Numbered from the stretch's first letter, positions 20,253-28,920 are shown. The stretch is DNA of 50,073 nucleotides from a virus (IMGVR_UViG_3300025610_000037:1-50073), one strand, 5' to 3'. Notes: a model not told the origin generated them from the letters alone. Translations and numbers: made by a program.

Positions 20253-22233
20253 GCTGCCGCTCGTACTTCTTCCAGTCAGCCTCCGTCCACTCGTCGTGCG
20301 GACGACCCATGTCCCGCACCGTCGGGACGAGGCCCTTGCGGCCGGCGCCGGGCTGGTACTTCGCTAGCAGGAACGCGCCCATCAGCGCCATGCAGGCGTC
20401 GTCGTGCTTGCCCTTCGGCGCTCCCCAGCGCGCGCGGTTGGACTCCGCGCCGTCCGGGCTGTGCAGCACCATCATCCGGTAGGCGCCCATCTCGGTGATG
20501 CCGATGCGCGAGCGGATCTTGAGCTCGTCGTGCTTGATGCCGCTGTCCATGTTCGTGACCATGGCCGGCTTCGTCGCCGCGTCGGTGCTCCAGCCCGTCA
20601 CCAGGCTCTGGGGCCCGCGCCCGTACCCACTCGCCTGCGTGCTGCGCTTGTACAAGTACGGGTAGTGCGACTGCTCCAGCATCACCGCCAGGCCGGCGCC
20701 CACGCCGGTCACCTCGGCGGCCAGCAGGGCGTCGTTGTAGAACATCGACAGCAGGATGAGCACCGTCGCGTACTCGTCCTGCCGCAACTGCCCGCGCCAC
20801 TCAGCGACCTGCTCGAAGTTGCCGACGTCCATCACCACCGCGTGGTCGAAGTCCGACCCGATGGCGCCCTTCGACACGTCCGCCCAGACGACGTACCGGC
20901 GGCCGCGGATCGGCTGCCGCCACACCGACAGTCGGCCCTCCCCGGGCGACATCTCCACCAACTGCGGCGTCATCTGCCGCCAGACCCGGCGGCGGCTGTC
21001 GTCGGAGATGGAGCCGTCGTAGAGCTCGTAGAACTGGTGCGGCGGGCAGTCGTTGTCCGGCGGGCTCGGCTCGCCCGTCGATGGCCGGCACACCGAGCAG
21101 TAGCAACTGTGCTTGCGCTCCTGCCGGGCGACGCCGTCCCGGTCGAAGGCCAGCATGCCCGTGTGGGCGAATGCCTCCTCGTCCGTCGCCGGGTACTCCT
21201 GCTGGAACCGCTTGACGCTCCCGCCGCACTTCGCCGCGATCGTCTCCCGCCGCCACTGCAGGTGCTCCAGCGTCAGGTACTCGGAGAACTCCTCCCACAG
21301 CCGCTGCTCGAGCGGGTCGAACGACAGTTTGAACTGCTGCTCCGTCAGCCGCAGCGGCGACTGGTACTCGTCCATTAGGAACCACGGCGTGAACAGCGCG
21401 TAGAACTTGTTGTCCGGGTTGCCGGGGTGGCGCTGTTTCAGCTTCATCCACGGCGGCGGGTCCGGGTCGCCGTTCTCGTCCTGCCACCAGACTCGGGCCG
21501 CCAGGTACTGCGTGTGGTGGTAGTCACCGGCGCCGCGGCACGTCGACTCGACGTAGACCATCGTCCCCGGCAGACCAGGTGCCGTCTGCAGCGTGCCGAG
21601 CAGGAAGCCCTCGGGGTCCGGGTAGAACGCCAACTCCGACAGGTGGATGTGCCGGGCCGTCACACCTCGGGCCGACTCCTTGTTGCGGGCGGTGACGATC
21701 GACACCTTCGACCGCAGCCCGTAAGGACCCGACGGAGCGCGCAGGTCGAGCTCCGCGCGGTTGTTGTACTTCTGCAGGGGCTTCATGCCCGACGGCATGT
21801 TGTCGTAGAACAGCTTGATTTTCTTGAAGATTTCCTCTGCCGGCCCGCTCTCGTGGGCGGCAATCAATGCCGACTCGTCCCGGTTCGTGAAGCACCTGTG
21901 GGCCATGCGGCCCTGGATGTGGGTCGAGCAGCCCAGCTGCCTAGCCTTGGCCTCCCAGACCCAGAGCGGCACGCCAGCCTCTTCCATCTCCTCGAGCAGG
22001 CACTCGCGGAACTCCTGGCTCTTGTTCAGGCGCAGGTGCTGGAATGACCCGCGCTTCGTCTGAATCTGCAGGTAGCTCTCGGCGAACGTGCGGAAGTCGC
22101 GGTGCCGTCCGCTGGTCAACTCGAGTTCTGCCCGTTCGACCTCGCTGGCGTCCTTCGGCGTGTTCGACGGCTTCGGCCCTCGGTTGCGGTTCTTCGCGTG
22201 CCCCCTGCGCCTCGGATTCGCGTCGCCACTCAT
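20209..22233 (-). CDS. terL: Terminase large subunit
   Basis: KARQLGCST Walker A, HLSELAF Walker B, VEST coupling motif, FQQEYP, nuclease ADVSKG and HDDACMA. Confidence 0.92.
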   Translation of the reverse strand: MSGDANPRRRGHAKNRNRGPKPSNTPKDASEVERAELELTSGRHRDFRTFAESYLQIQTKRGSFQHLRLNKSQEFRECLLEEMEEAGVPLWVWEAKARQLGCSTHIQGRMAHRCFTNRDESALIAAHESGPAEEIFKKIKLFYDNMPSGMKPLQKYNNRAELDLRAPSGPYGLRSKVSIVTARNKESARGVTARHIHLSELAFYPDPEGFLLGTLQTAPGLPGTMVYVESTCRGAGDYHHTQYLAARVWWQDENGDPDPPPWMKLKQRHPGNPDNKFYALFTPWFLMDEYQSPLRLTEQQFKLSFDPLEQRLWEEFSEYLTLEHLQWRRETIAAKCGGSVKRFQQEYPATDEEAFAHTGMLAFDRDGVARQERKHSCYCSVCRPSTGEPSPPDNDCPPHQFYELYDGSISDDSRRRVWRQMTPQLVEMSPGEGRLSVWRQPIRGRRYVVWADVSKGAIGSDFDHAVVMDVGNFEQVAEWRGQLRQDEYATVLILLSMFYNDALLAAEVTGVGAGLAVMLEQSHYPYLYKRSTQASGYGRGPQSLVTGWSTDAATKPAMVTNMDSGIKHDELKIRSRIGITEMGAYRMMVLHSPDGAESNRARWGAPKGKHDDACMALMGAFLLAKYQPGAGRKGLVPTVRDMGRPHDEWTEADWKKYERQLRREARARSGVRRQ

Positions 22234-22795
22234 CGGTCATCTCCTCGACTTCGACCTGGCAGGCTGCGTACCGCTCCACGCGCTCGGGTCGCCGCTGACG
22301 CCGCCGGTGCGCCGGGTTCTTGTTCCGACTCAGGCGCACCAACTCGTCGAGGTCCATGCCCAGGTTCGGCGCCGGCAGCCCGAACTCCTCATCGAGGAAC
22401 CGCCGGACCACACCGATGTGCATGACCTTCGTGACCTGCCAGATGAACCCGCGCTTGCGCCGCGCCGTGTGGATAACGACCCCGCGGCACCATCGGCCCT
22501 GGTCGTTCCTGATGCGGTCGCGGATGGACTCGACGTCGTCCTCATCGGCCACAACTGCGACGACCCGGGGGGCGATGAACCCCTCCTCCGAAGCCGCGGT
22601 GAACGCGCGCTTGCCGCTGTAGTCGCGGAAGACCTGCACGCCGGGGGGGATCGGCTGACCTGACACCCAGTTCCCCCGGGCATCGGTCCAGGCGCCGCGG
22701 TTGCAGCCCTTGAGGCAGTTGAGCTCCCAGGCGAACCGATCCTCCTCCGTCGCGAAGGCGTGGTGGGTTCGCCAGATGGGCCGCGGCGGGGACAC
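21941..22795 (-). CDS. Hypothetical protein upstream of terL; C-terminal ~97 codons overlap terL
   Basis: Protein-like for the first ~190 aa; the overlapping tail looks like off-frame translation. Confidence 0.5.
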   Translation of the reverse strand: MSPPRPIWRTHHAFATEEDRFAWELNCLKGCNRGAWTDARGNWVSGQPIPPGVQVFRDYSGKRAFTAASEEGFIAPRVVAVVADEDDVESIRDRIRNDQGRWCRGVVIHTARRKRGFIWQVTKVMHIGVVRRFLDEEFGLPAPNLGMDLDELVRLSRNKNPAHRRRQRRPERVERYAACQVEVEEMTDEWRRESEAQGAREEPQPRAEAVEHAEGRQRGRTGRTRVDQRTAPRLPHVRRELPADSDEARVIPAPAPEQEPGVPRVPARGDGRGWRAALGLGGQG

Positions 22796-23062
22796 CTACT
22801 TCTTGCGAGCAGCCCGCTTCCGGGGCGCGCGCTTCTTGGCCGACGCTTCGGCGGCCGGGGGGGCAGGCTGGCTGGTGCCGTTGAACACCAAGCGACGGCT
22901 CCCACTAGGGAGGGCAGCGTAGACGACCGCACCGGGCTCCAGCGGCCATGCAACCTGCTGGCCGAACACCAGGGCCCACTCGGGGTGGCAGACCGTAGGG
23001 CGGGCCTTGACGGCGCACCCGTTGTCGTCGGTGAAGCAGAGAACGGTGTCCAGGTCCATCAT
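22796..23062 (-). CDS. Hypothetical protein (88 aa) with basic tail
   Basis: AGGA SD, MMDLDTVLCF start, abuts the next gene. Confidence 0.6.
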   Translation of the reverse strand: MMDLDTVLCFTDDNGCAVKARPTVCHPEWALVFGQQVAWPLEPGAVVYAALPSGSRRLVFNGTSQPAPPAAEASAKKRAPRKRAARKK

Positions 23063-23146
23063 GTGGCGGTCCTTCCTCTTCGACCGTACAGCGTCGCCTT
23101 GCATTCGGCAATTCAGAGTACAGTCCGCCAACACACCGGAGTCTGC

Positions 23147-23434
23147 ATGTCCAGCAAGAAAGACCCTCGCTTGAAGCGGGTCGGAGTGTCCGGCTTCAAC
23201 AAGCCCAAGCGCACGCCGAACCACCCCACCAAGTCGCACGTCGTCGTCGCCAAGGACGGAGACAAGGTCAAGACCATCCGGTTCGGCCAGCAGGGCGTGT
23301 CGGGCTCGCCGGCCAAGAAAAGCGAGTCGAAGGCCGACGCCGCCAGGCGCAAGTCGTTCAAGGCCCGCCACAAGGCCAACATCGACAAGGGCAAGTTGTC
23401 GGCGGCCTACTGGGCGAACAAGGTGAAGTGGTAG
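23147..23434 (+). CDS. Small basic protein of a recurrent phage family, putative nucleic-acid binding
   Basis: KSHVVVAK.GDKVKTIRFGQQG...RRKSFKARH...SAAYWANKVKW; GGAG SD. Confidence 0.75.
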   Translation: MSSKKDPRLKRVGVSGFNKPKRTPNHPTKSHVVVAKDGDKVKTIRFGQQGVSGSPAKKSESKADAARRKSFKARHKANIDKGKLSAAYWANKVKW

Positions 23435-23435
23435 G

Positions 23436-23657
23436 TCAGTCGCAAACCTCGTCCGCCCAGCCGACCCAGTCCCTGCCTCCGACGACGAACCACGGACTGT
23501 CGCCGGCCCACGCCACCTCGAACCGCTCGCCGGCAGCCGACACGCGGTCGACCCGGAACGCGAAGATGGCGGACGGGCCGAGGATGTGACGGACCACCGC
23601 CACCCGCCCGACCAGCGCAACGGCTCGGCGTCCGCGGTCGAGCTCGTCGGGGGTCAC
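23436..23657 (-). CDS. Hypothetical protein (73 aa)
   Basis: GTGA overlap with upstream gene. Confidence 0.5.
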   Translation of the reverse strand: MTPDELDRGRRAVALVGRVAVVRHILGPSAIFAFRVDRVSAAGERFEVAWAGDSPWFVVGGRDWVGWADEVCD

Positions 23658-23935
23658 TCCCCCGCCTCCGCCCGCCTCCGCCCGAGCTCGTCCTCTGCCT
23701 CGATGCGCCGGCGCCGCTCGTCCTGCAGCACCGCCTCTGCCTCCGACGCACGCGCCGCAAGCTGCTTCAGGGCGTGGTAGTCCTCCTCGAGCAGGCACAG
23801 GTAGGTGTCCTCGCCGACCACCAACTTCTGCGGCACCGGCGCCACTACCCGCTGCGAGGCGTCCAGCACGAGGTGAACCTCCGGCGCCTGGTGCGCCTCG
23901 TAGTCGTCGAGCATCTGTTCGCTCAGGTCGGTCAT
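23654..23935 (-). CDS. Hypothetical coiled-coil protein (93 aa)
   Basis: AAGGAGGAG SD before MTDLSEQ. Confidence 0.6.
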   Translation of the reverse strand: MTDLSEQMLDDYEAHQAPEVHLVLDASQRVVAPVPQKLVVGEDTYLCLLEEDYHALKQLAARASEAEAVLQDERRRRIEAEDELGRRRAEAGE

Positions 23936-23957
23936 CGCTCCTCCTTGGTCACTCCGG

Positions 23958-24263
23958 TCAGGCTCTCCGCACGCGGTGCGTCCCGCACGGGCACTTGAAC
24001 GATGCTGGCGCCTCGATATGCAGCGTGCCGCACGCAGGGCACTGCCAGATTGACGGCCACGTCGACAGCGAGTCGACGGACAGGGCCCGCAGCCGCTCGA
24101 TCTCCTCGGCCTGCGCCACGACCGTCTCGCACAGCCTGCGGGCGCTGGCAAGTAGTGCGGCGTCGCCGTCTGACACGGCGGACCGGAGGCGGAGTGTCCA
24201 CACGTCGTCCCGCGAAATCGCCAGCAACTCCCGCGCCCGCTCCGGCGTGATGAGGTCACTCAT
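23958..24263 (-). CDS. Hypothetical protein with C-terminal Zn ribbon
   Basis: CPACG...CPCG; SD and overlap with upstream gene. Confidence 0.55.
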   Translation of the reverse strand: MSDLITPERARELLAISRDDVWTLRLRSAVSDGDAALLASARRLCETVVAQAEEIERLRALSVDSLSTWPSIWQCPACGTLHIEAPASFKCPCGTHRVRRA

Positions 24264-24690
24264 CGCCCACCTCCTTCGCAGCCTTCAACGCGGCGACGAG
24301 GGCGGCGGTTAGTTCGTCGTCGACGGTCGCGTCACCGCCCAGCCAGCGAGCGGCCAGCAAGAGGGCGCGCTTGTAGTCGCGCCACTGCTCATCAGTCGCG
24401 CCGTTGCGGACACGCACAGGGTGCCACGCATCGACGAACTGCCGAAGCATCACGCCCAATGTCGCCGGGTCGCGGAAATCGGGCCACCAGCCGGAGCCAT
24501 CGGCCGGCCATCCCCACCCCGGGCCGATGCCGTCGCCCGCAGGGTGCATGATTGGCGTCGCATCCTCGCTGTACCACGCAAGCGTAAGTCGGTACGTCTC
24601 GTCCGCGCTACCGAGCTTGACGCCCGGCGCCCATCGGAACCCCACCGCCAGCGCCTCCAGCCCCAGCTCCTTCGCAGTCGCGTCGTCCAT
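24256..24690 (-). CDS. Hypothetical phage protein (144 aa)
   Basis: MDDATAKEL start; PDFRDPATLG motif. Confidence 0.6.
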   Translation of the reverse strand: MDDATAKELGLEALAVGFRWAPGVKLGSADETYRLTLAWYSEDATPIMHPAGDGIGPGWGWPADGSGWWPDFRDPATLGVMLRQFVDAWHPVRVRNGATDEQWRDYKRALLLAARWLGGDATVDDELTAALVAALKAAKEVGDE

Positions 24691-24911
24691 CACTTGCCCT
24701 CCGGCTCCGGCAGCAGGGCCCAGCGGTCGCCGTGCCAGTCGCCGGCAAAGCCGCTTTCGCACTGCCGCGACACCTCCGCTGCGTCGTGCGTGTCCACCCA
24801 TTCGTCGCTCCATCGACGCAGCAGTACGCGGGCCGCGTATTGGACCACCAGCAGCCCCTCGCCCGGCGGCCACGTCCCCGGATCATCCTTGTCGATCGTC
24901 GTGTACTTCAC
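24690..24911 (-). CDS. Hypothetical protein (73 aa)
   Basis: GAGGAGG SD before GTG; TGATG overlap. Confidence 0.55.
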   Translation of the reverse strand: MKYTTIDKDDPGTWPPGEGLLVVQYAARVLLRRWSDEWVDTHDAAEVSRQCESGFAGDWHGDRWALLPEPEGK

Positions 24912-25045
24912 TTGTCCTCCTCGGGGTTGCGGGCAGCTTCGCGTCGCCAGCAAGGTCATCAACCGACACTAGTGCCCGAACGAGCCTGCTCGCGTCGTCT
25001 GGCAACTCGCCCGCAGCCACCAGCGGCCAGACATCGAGCGCGTGC

Positions 25046-25357
25046 TCATCCCTGCCTGCGACGAAGCAAGATGTGATCAGACGCCGCGTCCCACACTGCC
25101 GGCACTGTCTCCAGGCCCCACTCAGCAGCCTTCGCAGCCAGGCCAAGCGACAACACCCGGACCCCGACGTCGTGGCGGAACTCCGCAGCGACAGCGACCA
25201 GCACCCGGACCGACGGCAGGCGAAGGGACGGATCGCACACCTGCCGCACGCTGCTTCGCGTGATGCCTGTACGAATCGACACCCGTCGCTGAGACAGACC
25301 CGCCTCTGGCATAGCTGCCGCGAGAAGGGCTGCTAACTGCTCGTGATGACTGGACAT
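25046..25357 (-). CDS. Putative XRE-type HTH protein
   Basis: AGLSQRRVSIRTGITRSSVRQV...PSVRVL pattern. Confidence 0.45.
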   Translation of the reverse strand: MSSHHEQLAALLAAAMPEAGLSQRRVSIRTGITRSSVRQVCDPSLRLPSVRVLVAVAAEFRHDVGVRVLSLGLAAKAAEWGLETVPAVWDAASDHILLRRRQG

Positions 25358-25516
25358 GCGAGACACGTTACAGACGCGAAATAGATATGGCAAAAAACTC
25401 AGCAGGACCCTTTATGGCAAAGCCTCGTGGGCTACGCGCTTTGGTGCGCTCCGTTCGCGTGCTTCCCGTTCCGTACAGCACCAGGTCAGGGGGCCTTTGT
25501 TCAGTGCGCCGGAATC

Positions 25517-25592
25517 TGGTGGGTCCCCTGGAACTCGAACCCAGGACCAACCGCCCAAGAGGCGGGTGCTCTACCGACTGAGCTAGGGACCC
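25517..25592 (-). tRNA. tRNA-Lys(CUU), atypical anticodon loop
   Basis: GGGTCCC/GGGACCC acceptor, GCTC/GAGC D-stem, CTT anticodon, TTCGA T-loop, encoded CCA; 76 nt. Confidence 0.85.
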
Positions 25593-25593
25593 G

Positions 25594-25662
25594 TGGAGCC
25601 AGCGGGTGGAGTCGAACCACCGCCGCCAGGGTTATGAGCCCCAGGGCCGACCGTGCGCTGGC
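25594..25662 (-). tRNA. tRNA-Met(CAU)-like gene lacking a D-arm
   Basis: GCCAGCG/CGCTGGC acceptor, GGG-CTCATAA-CCC anticodon arm, GGTGG-TTCGACT-CCACC T-arm, CCA; 69 nt. Confidence 0.75.
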
Positions 25663-26250
25663 ACGAGGGGAGAGTCGCACAGCAGGAGGTCGACGGCGGG
25701 CGGCACTCGGGGAAAGGCAACAGGTGGAGGGGTACTTGATGGGTACTTGACTGCTGGGATTTGGAGGGGGTTGGGGTGTGTCTTTATCCCATCGGCCCAT
25801 GAGCGAAGGGGGTGGGGGGAGGGGTTTGCGCGCCCGTACATAGGAAGTGCGCACGCCCAGGCGCGATCTCGACCGCGCGCCCAGGCGCCGCGCAATCTGA
25901 CCTCGCGCCTGCGCCATCTCAAGCCGCGCCCAGCTGCACGCGCCCGGTCCGGTGCCAGGCCTAGTGCGGGCCCGAACGCGTCTCCGCACCGTCAGACTGC
26001 GGACGCACCATGACAAACGACGCCGTCCCGGCCCCTCGCCGTCCTTCCGGGGGCCCGCCTGCGCTGATCGCAGCGCATCCGGGGCCGATGCCGCCCGGGC
26101 GAAACAGCCCCCCTCCTCCCCCACACCCGCCCGCCCCCCTCATACGCGCCGGCATCCTTCCATCGCGCGCGGGAGCTTTTCTCTCTCCGCCTCAAACCGT
26201 TGTTCCACAAGGCTTTCAGGACAATCTGCAAACTTTCTTTGGTCTCTCGC
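25663..26250. other. Non-coding strand-switch region, candidate genome terminus or packaging site
   Basis: G-rich then C-rich skew, short direct repeats, divergent transcription on either side. Confidence 0.4.
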
Positions 26251-26280
26251 TTGTGTTCTCCGTCGGGGGTTCGGTAGGTT
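26251..26280 (+). promoter_or_regulatory. Early sigma70-like promoter TTGTGT-N18-TAGGTT with T-rich upstream tract
   Basis: Precedes the first early gene; upstream context resembles 30289-30333. Confidence 0.45.
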
Positions 26281-26336
26281 TCTCTCGTCGCCACCGAAGG
26301 CGGCCCGGGTTGGACCCCGGATGGAGACCACGAACG

Positions 26337-27116
26337 ATGCGAGCCTCTGCCCCCAGTGTGAAGCCCCGAAACGTCCTGCTCTACCGGGGCCCGTCCATGC
26401 TCGACGGCGCGCCCATCATCGCTGTTCTGACCGTGCAGTCCGGCAACGCGAAGACCGGCGCCATGCTGCAGACTTGGATTATGCGGGCCGACGTGCGGCC
26501 CAACGAAGCGATCCGCAGCGGCGATGACTCCTCCGTTTGTGGCGATTGCCCACAGCGGCCGGCGCTCGGCGGGGACTGTTACGTCAAGGTCTTTCAGGGC
26601 CCCTTGTCCGTCTACAAGGCGTTTCACCGTGGCAACTACCCCGCCGCGACCGACGCGGACTGGGAAGCCCTGCGCGCTGACGAGCGTCCCGTGCGCGTCG
26701 GCTCCTACGGTGACCCGGCGGCCGTCCCGTTCTCCGTCTGGCACCGGCTGCTTTGCAACCGTCCCGCCGGTCACACCGGCTACACCCACCAATGGCGCTC
26801 TCCGGTCGCCGCGCCGCTCCGGCCGTACCTCATGGCATCGGCAGATTCCGAGGCCGATCGGGTGGACGCGGAACAGCTGGGCTGGCGGACCTTCCGGGTG
26901 CTGCGCGAGGACTCCTTGACCGGGCCCGCTCCGTTGGAATTCCGGTGCCCGTCCGACCCGGCACTCGACACCCACATTCCCTGCAGCAAGTGCAAGGCGT
27001 GCGACGGCTTCGATGCCGACCGCCCGCGCAAGGGTTCGCCCTACATCGTTGTCCACGGCTTCCGGGCCGGGAACGCCCGAAAGCGCGTCGCCTCCCGCCT
27101 CGCTGTCCTGTCCTGA
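26337..27116 (+). CDS. Cys-rich putative Fe-S protein (gp88/DUF7227-like, unverified)
   Basis: SGNAKTG, CGDCP...CYV, RVGSYGDP, GYTHQW and CSKCKAC motifs. Confidence 0.6.
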   Translation: MRASAPSVKPRNVLLYRGPSMLDGAPIIAVLTVQSGNAKTGAMLQTWIMRADVRPNEAIRSGDDSSVCGDCPQRPALGGDCYVKVFQGPLSVYKAFHRGNYPAATDADWEALRADERPVRVGSYGDPAAVPFSVWHRLLCNRPAGHTGYTHQWRSPVAAPLRPYLMASADSEADRVDAEQLGWRTFRVLREDSLTGPAPLEFRCPSDPALDTHIPCSKCKACDGFDADRPRKGSPYIVVHGFRAGNARKRVASRLAVLS

Positions 27117-27197
27117 TCCCTCCCTGCCGCCGGCCCCCCCGGTCGGCGGCAGCGGGGGCCGCAGGGCCCATCACCCCACACCGGAAAGGCTGAACCC

Positions 27198-27551
27198 ATG
27201 CTCCACAAGACCTTCGACTGGTACGGCATCCGCCGCGCGTTCCCCGATGCCGTGCTGCTGGCCACCGAGCAGCTGCTAACTAACCGGCTGCCCTACACAC
27301 GGCCCGGCGCCGACTGGGCCGACGGCGCATGGCTTCTGGAGCACCGCGCCGATGGCTCGTCCCTGTGGCTCACCAACGACGGCGACGGCTTCTACTTCGT
27401 CGTCCGTCCGCCGCTTGACCCTGCGACCGGCGACTACCCCGACAGTTGGACCGAGGACCGCTTGTGCGACTCCGACCGCCCCGGGCGCATCCGACAGTGG
27501 CTCCGCGCCGGCTGCCCCATCCCCCTGACCGTCCGCGCCCCGCGCGCCTGA
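27198..27551 (+). CDS. Hypothetical early protein (117 aa)
   Basis: ORF fills gap, typical codon bias. Confidence 0.6.
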   Translation: MLHKTFDWYGIRRAFPDAVLLATEQLLTNRLPYTRPGADWADGAWLLEHRADGSSLWLTNDGDGFYFVVRPPLDPATGDYPDSWTEDRLCDSDRPGRIRQWLRAGCPIPLTVRAPRA

Positions 27552-27562
27552 AAGGACCCACC

Positions 27563-28021
27563 ATGCCCCGCCGCATCACCCTCCCCGCCTCCATCCGCAC
27601 CCGCCCCACCGAATCCCAGCTGGACGCCGCCATCAAGCGCGTCGTCCACCTCACCGACATCGCCAACGCGCTGCTGCGCGAAGTCCGCGCCATCGAGAAG
27701 GCCGGCAAGCGCGCGCTGCTGGAGTCCGCCCGACTCGACGGCGTCCGAGCCGAACGCGCGGCCCTGCAGCGGACGATCGACGCCTTCGCCGTCGAGCCCG
27801 TCTACATGATGACCTGGGACGGCATCGAGGACCGCTGGCTGGGGACCGCCGCCGACATGCACCGCGACTGGGACCGCACAAACCTGTTCTTTGAGGGCCT
27901 CGACTGGCACTGCCCCGATACCGCCGCCCCGTTCGACGTGCCCCTCGACCGCGTCCTGAAGCAGTTGTGCCCCGGCGACCGCGCCCTCAGCGACAACTGC
28001 ACCGTCGCCCGCCTGCACTGA
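27563..28021 (+). CDS. Hypothetical early protein (152 aa)
   Basis: AAAGGA SD before MPRRITL. Confidence 0.65.
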   Translation: MPRRITLPASIRTRPTESQLDAAIKRVVHLTDIANALLREVRAIEKAGKRALLESARLDGVRAERAALQRTIDAFAVEPVYMMTWDGIEDRWLGTAADMHRDWDRTNLFFEGLDWHCPDTAAPFDVPLDRVLKQLCPGDRALSDNCTVARLH

Positions 28022-28034
28022 GCACCACCTAACC

Positions 28035-28061
28035 GGGCCCGGAAGGCCCAACGGAGACGAC
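28035..28061 (+). repeat. Leader element C copy 1 (GGGCC-loop-GGCCC hairpin plus GGAGAC SD)
   Basis: Similar copies at 30346 and 30657. Confidence 0.6.
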
Positions 28062-28292
28062 ATGCCGCACACCTTCCCCGACCACTGCCCCGCCTGCCAC
28101 GGCACCGGCCTGCACCCCAACGGTGAGGACGCCTGCGAGCACTGCACCTACTGGGTCGACGGCGAGCCCTGCCAGACCCGCGAGCAGGTGCTCGCCGTGC
28201 TCCGCGACTACGCCGCCCACGGCGTGCTGGACGAGGTGAGCTACGCCGTGCGCGACTTCCAGCCCACCCCCGCCGAACTGGGGCTGCACTGA
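28062..28292 (+). CDS. Small Zn-finger protein (76 aa)
   Basis: CPACHGTG...CEHC. Confidence 0.65.
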   Translation: MPHTFPDHCPACHGTGLHPNGEDACEHCTYWVDGEPCQTREQVLAVLRDYAAHGVLDEVSYAVRDFQPTPAELGLH

Positions 28293-28465
28293 TGCCCCAC
28301 CCCACCACCACCACCCGCGCCGCCCGTCGCCGGTCCGAGGCCCACCTCGCCCGGTGCGAGCGCCCCTACCTCGTCAACGGCGGCCCCGCCGCCCGCCACG
28401 CCGCCCGCCGGCAGACCCGCACCACCCGCGCCGCCTGGCGCGCCTACCTCCGGAGCCTCCGATGA
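28292..28465 (+). CDS. Small Arg-rich hypothetical protein (57 aa)
   Basis: TGATG and ATGA overlaps on both sides; below the ORF-track cutoff. Confidence 0.5.
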   Translation: MPHPTTTTRAARRRSEAHLARCERPYLVNGGPAARHAARRQTRTTRAAWRAYLRSLR

Positions 28466-28857
28466 ACCGCCACGGCCACACCGCCCACGACATCCTGATC
28501 ACCTTGCCCGACGGACGGGCCGCCCAGTGCCACCGCGATCTCATGTCTGGCAGTTGGGAACTGTGCGCCGCCGACGACTCCGACATCTTCCCCGGCGCGT
28601 CGGTCCACTGCTCCCCCGACTGGGAGCGGGACGACAACGAGCCCGGCTTCGTCGCCTTCTGTGTCACCACGGCTGACGGCTACGTCCTCGCGGAGCCCGG
28701 CGGCTACACCGTCCCGGTGACCTGGACCGGCGACGACATGGACGACGCCGACCTGCACGCGGAGGCGATCCACCGCTGGTTCGCGACCGAAGGGCAGGCC
28801 GCCTTCGCCTGGGCCGCGTGGCACGACGCCGGCCACCGGGTCCCCTGCCCCCGCTGA
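28462..28857 (+). CDS. Hypothetical acidic early protein
   Basis: GGAG SD before MNRHGHT. Confidence 0.6.
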   Translation: MNRHGHTAHDILITLPDGRAAQCHRDLMSGSWELCAADDSDIFPGASVHCSPDWERDDNEPGFVAFCVTTADGYVLAEPGGYTVPVTWTGDDMDDADLHAEAIHRWFATEGQAAFAWAAWHDAGHRVPCPR

Positions 28858-28867
28858 CCCCCACGCC

Positions 28868-28920
28868 TTGCCGGTGGCCTTGTGACCGGCACCACAGCGG
28901 ACGCCCCGCCGCATCAACCC
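28868..28920 (+). repeat. Leader element B copy 1 (two hairpins)
   Basis: TTGCCGGT...ACCGGCACCA...ATCAACCC shared with 29465-29518. Confidence 0.65.

Noticed and set aside
17632-20260. Actively invertible segment driven by the serine recombinase
   Set aside because: No convincing inverted repeats at the junctions, and the right junction lies in overlapping coding sequence
24883-25146. ORF as a frameshifted continuation of the XRE-like gene
   Set aside because: Plausible but unsupported; no slippery site or motif identified
25517-25592. tRNA as a prophage att boundary
   Set aside because: No duplicated tRNA 3' end seen, and phage genes lie on both sides
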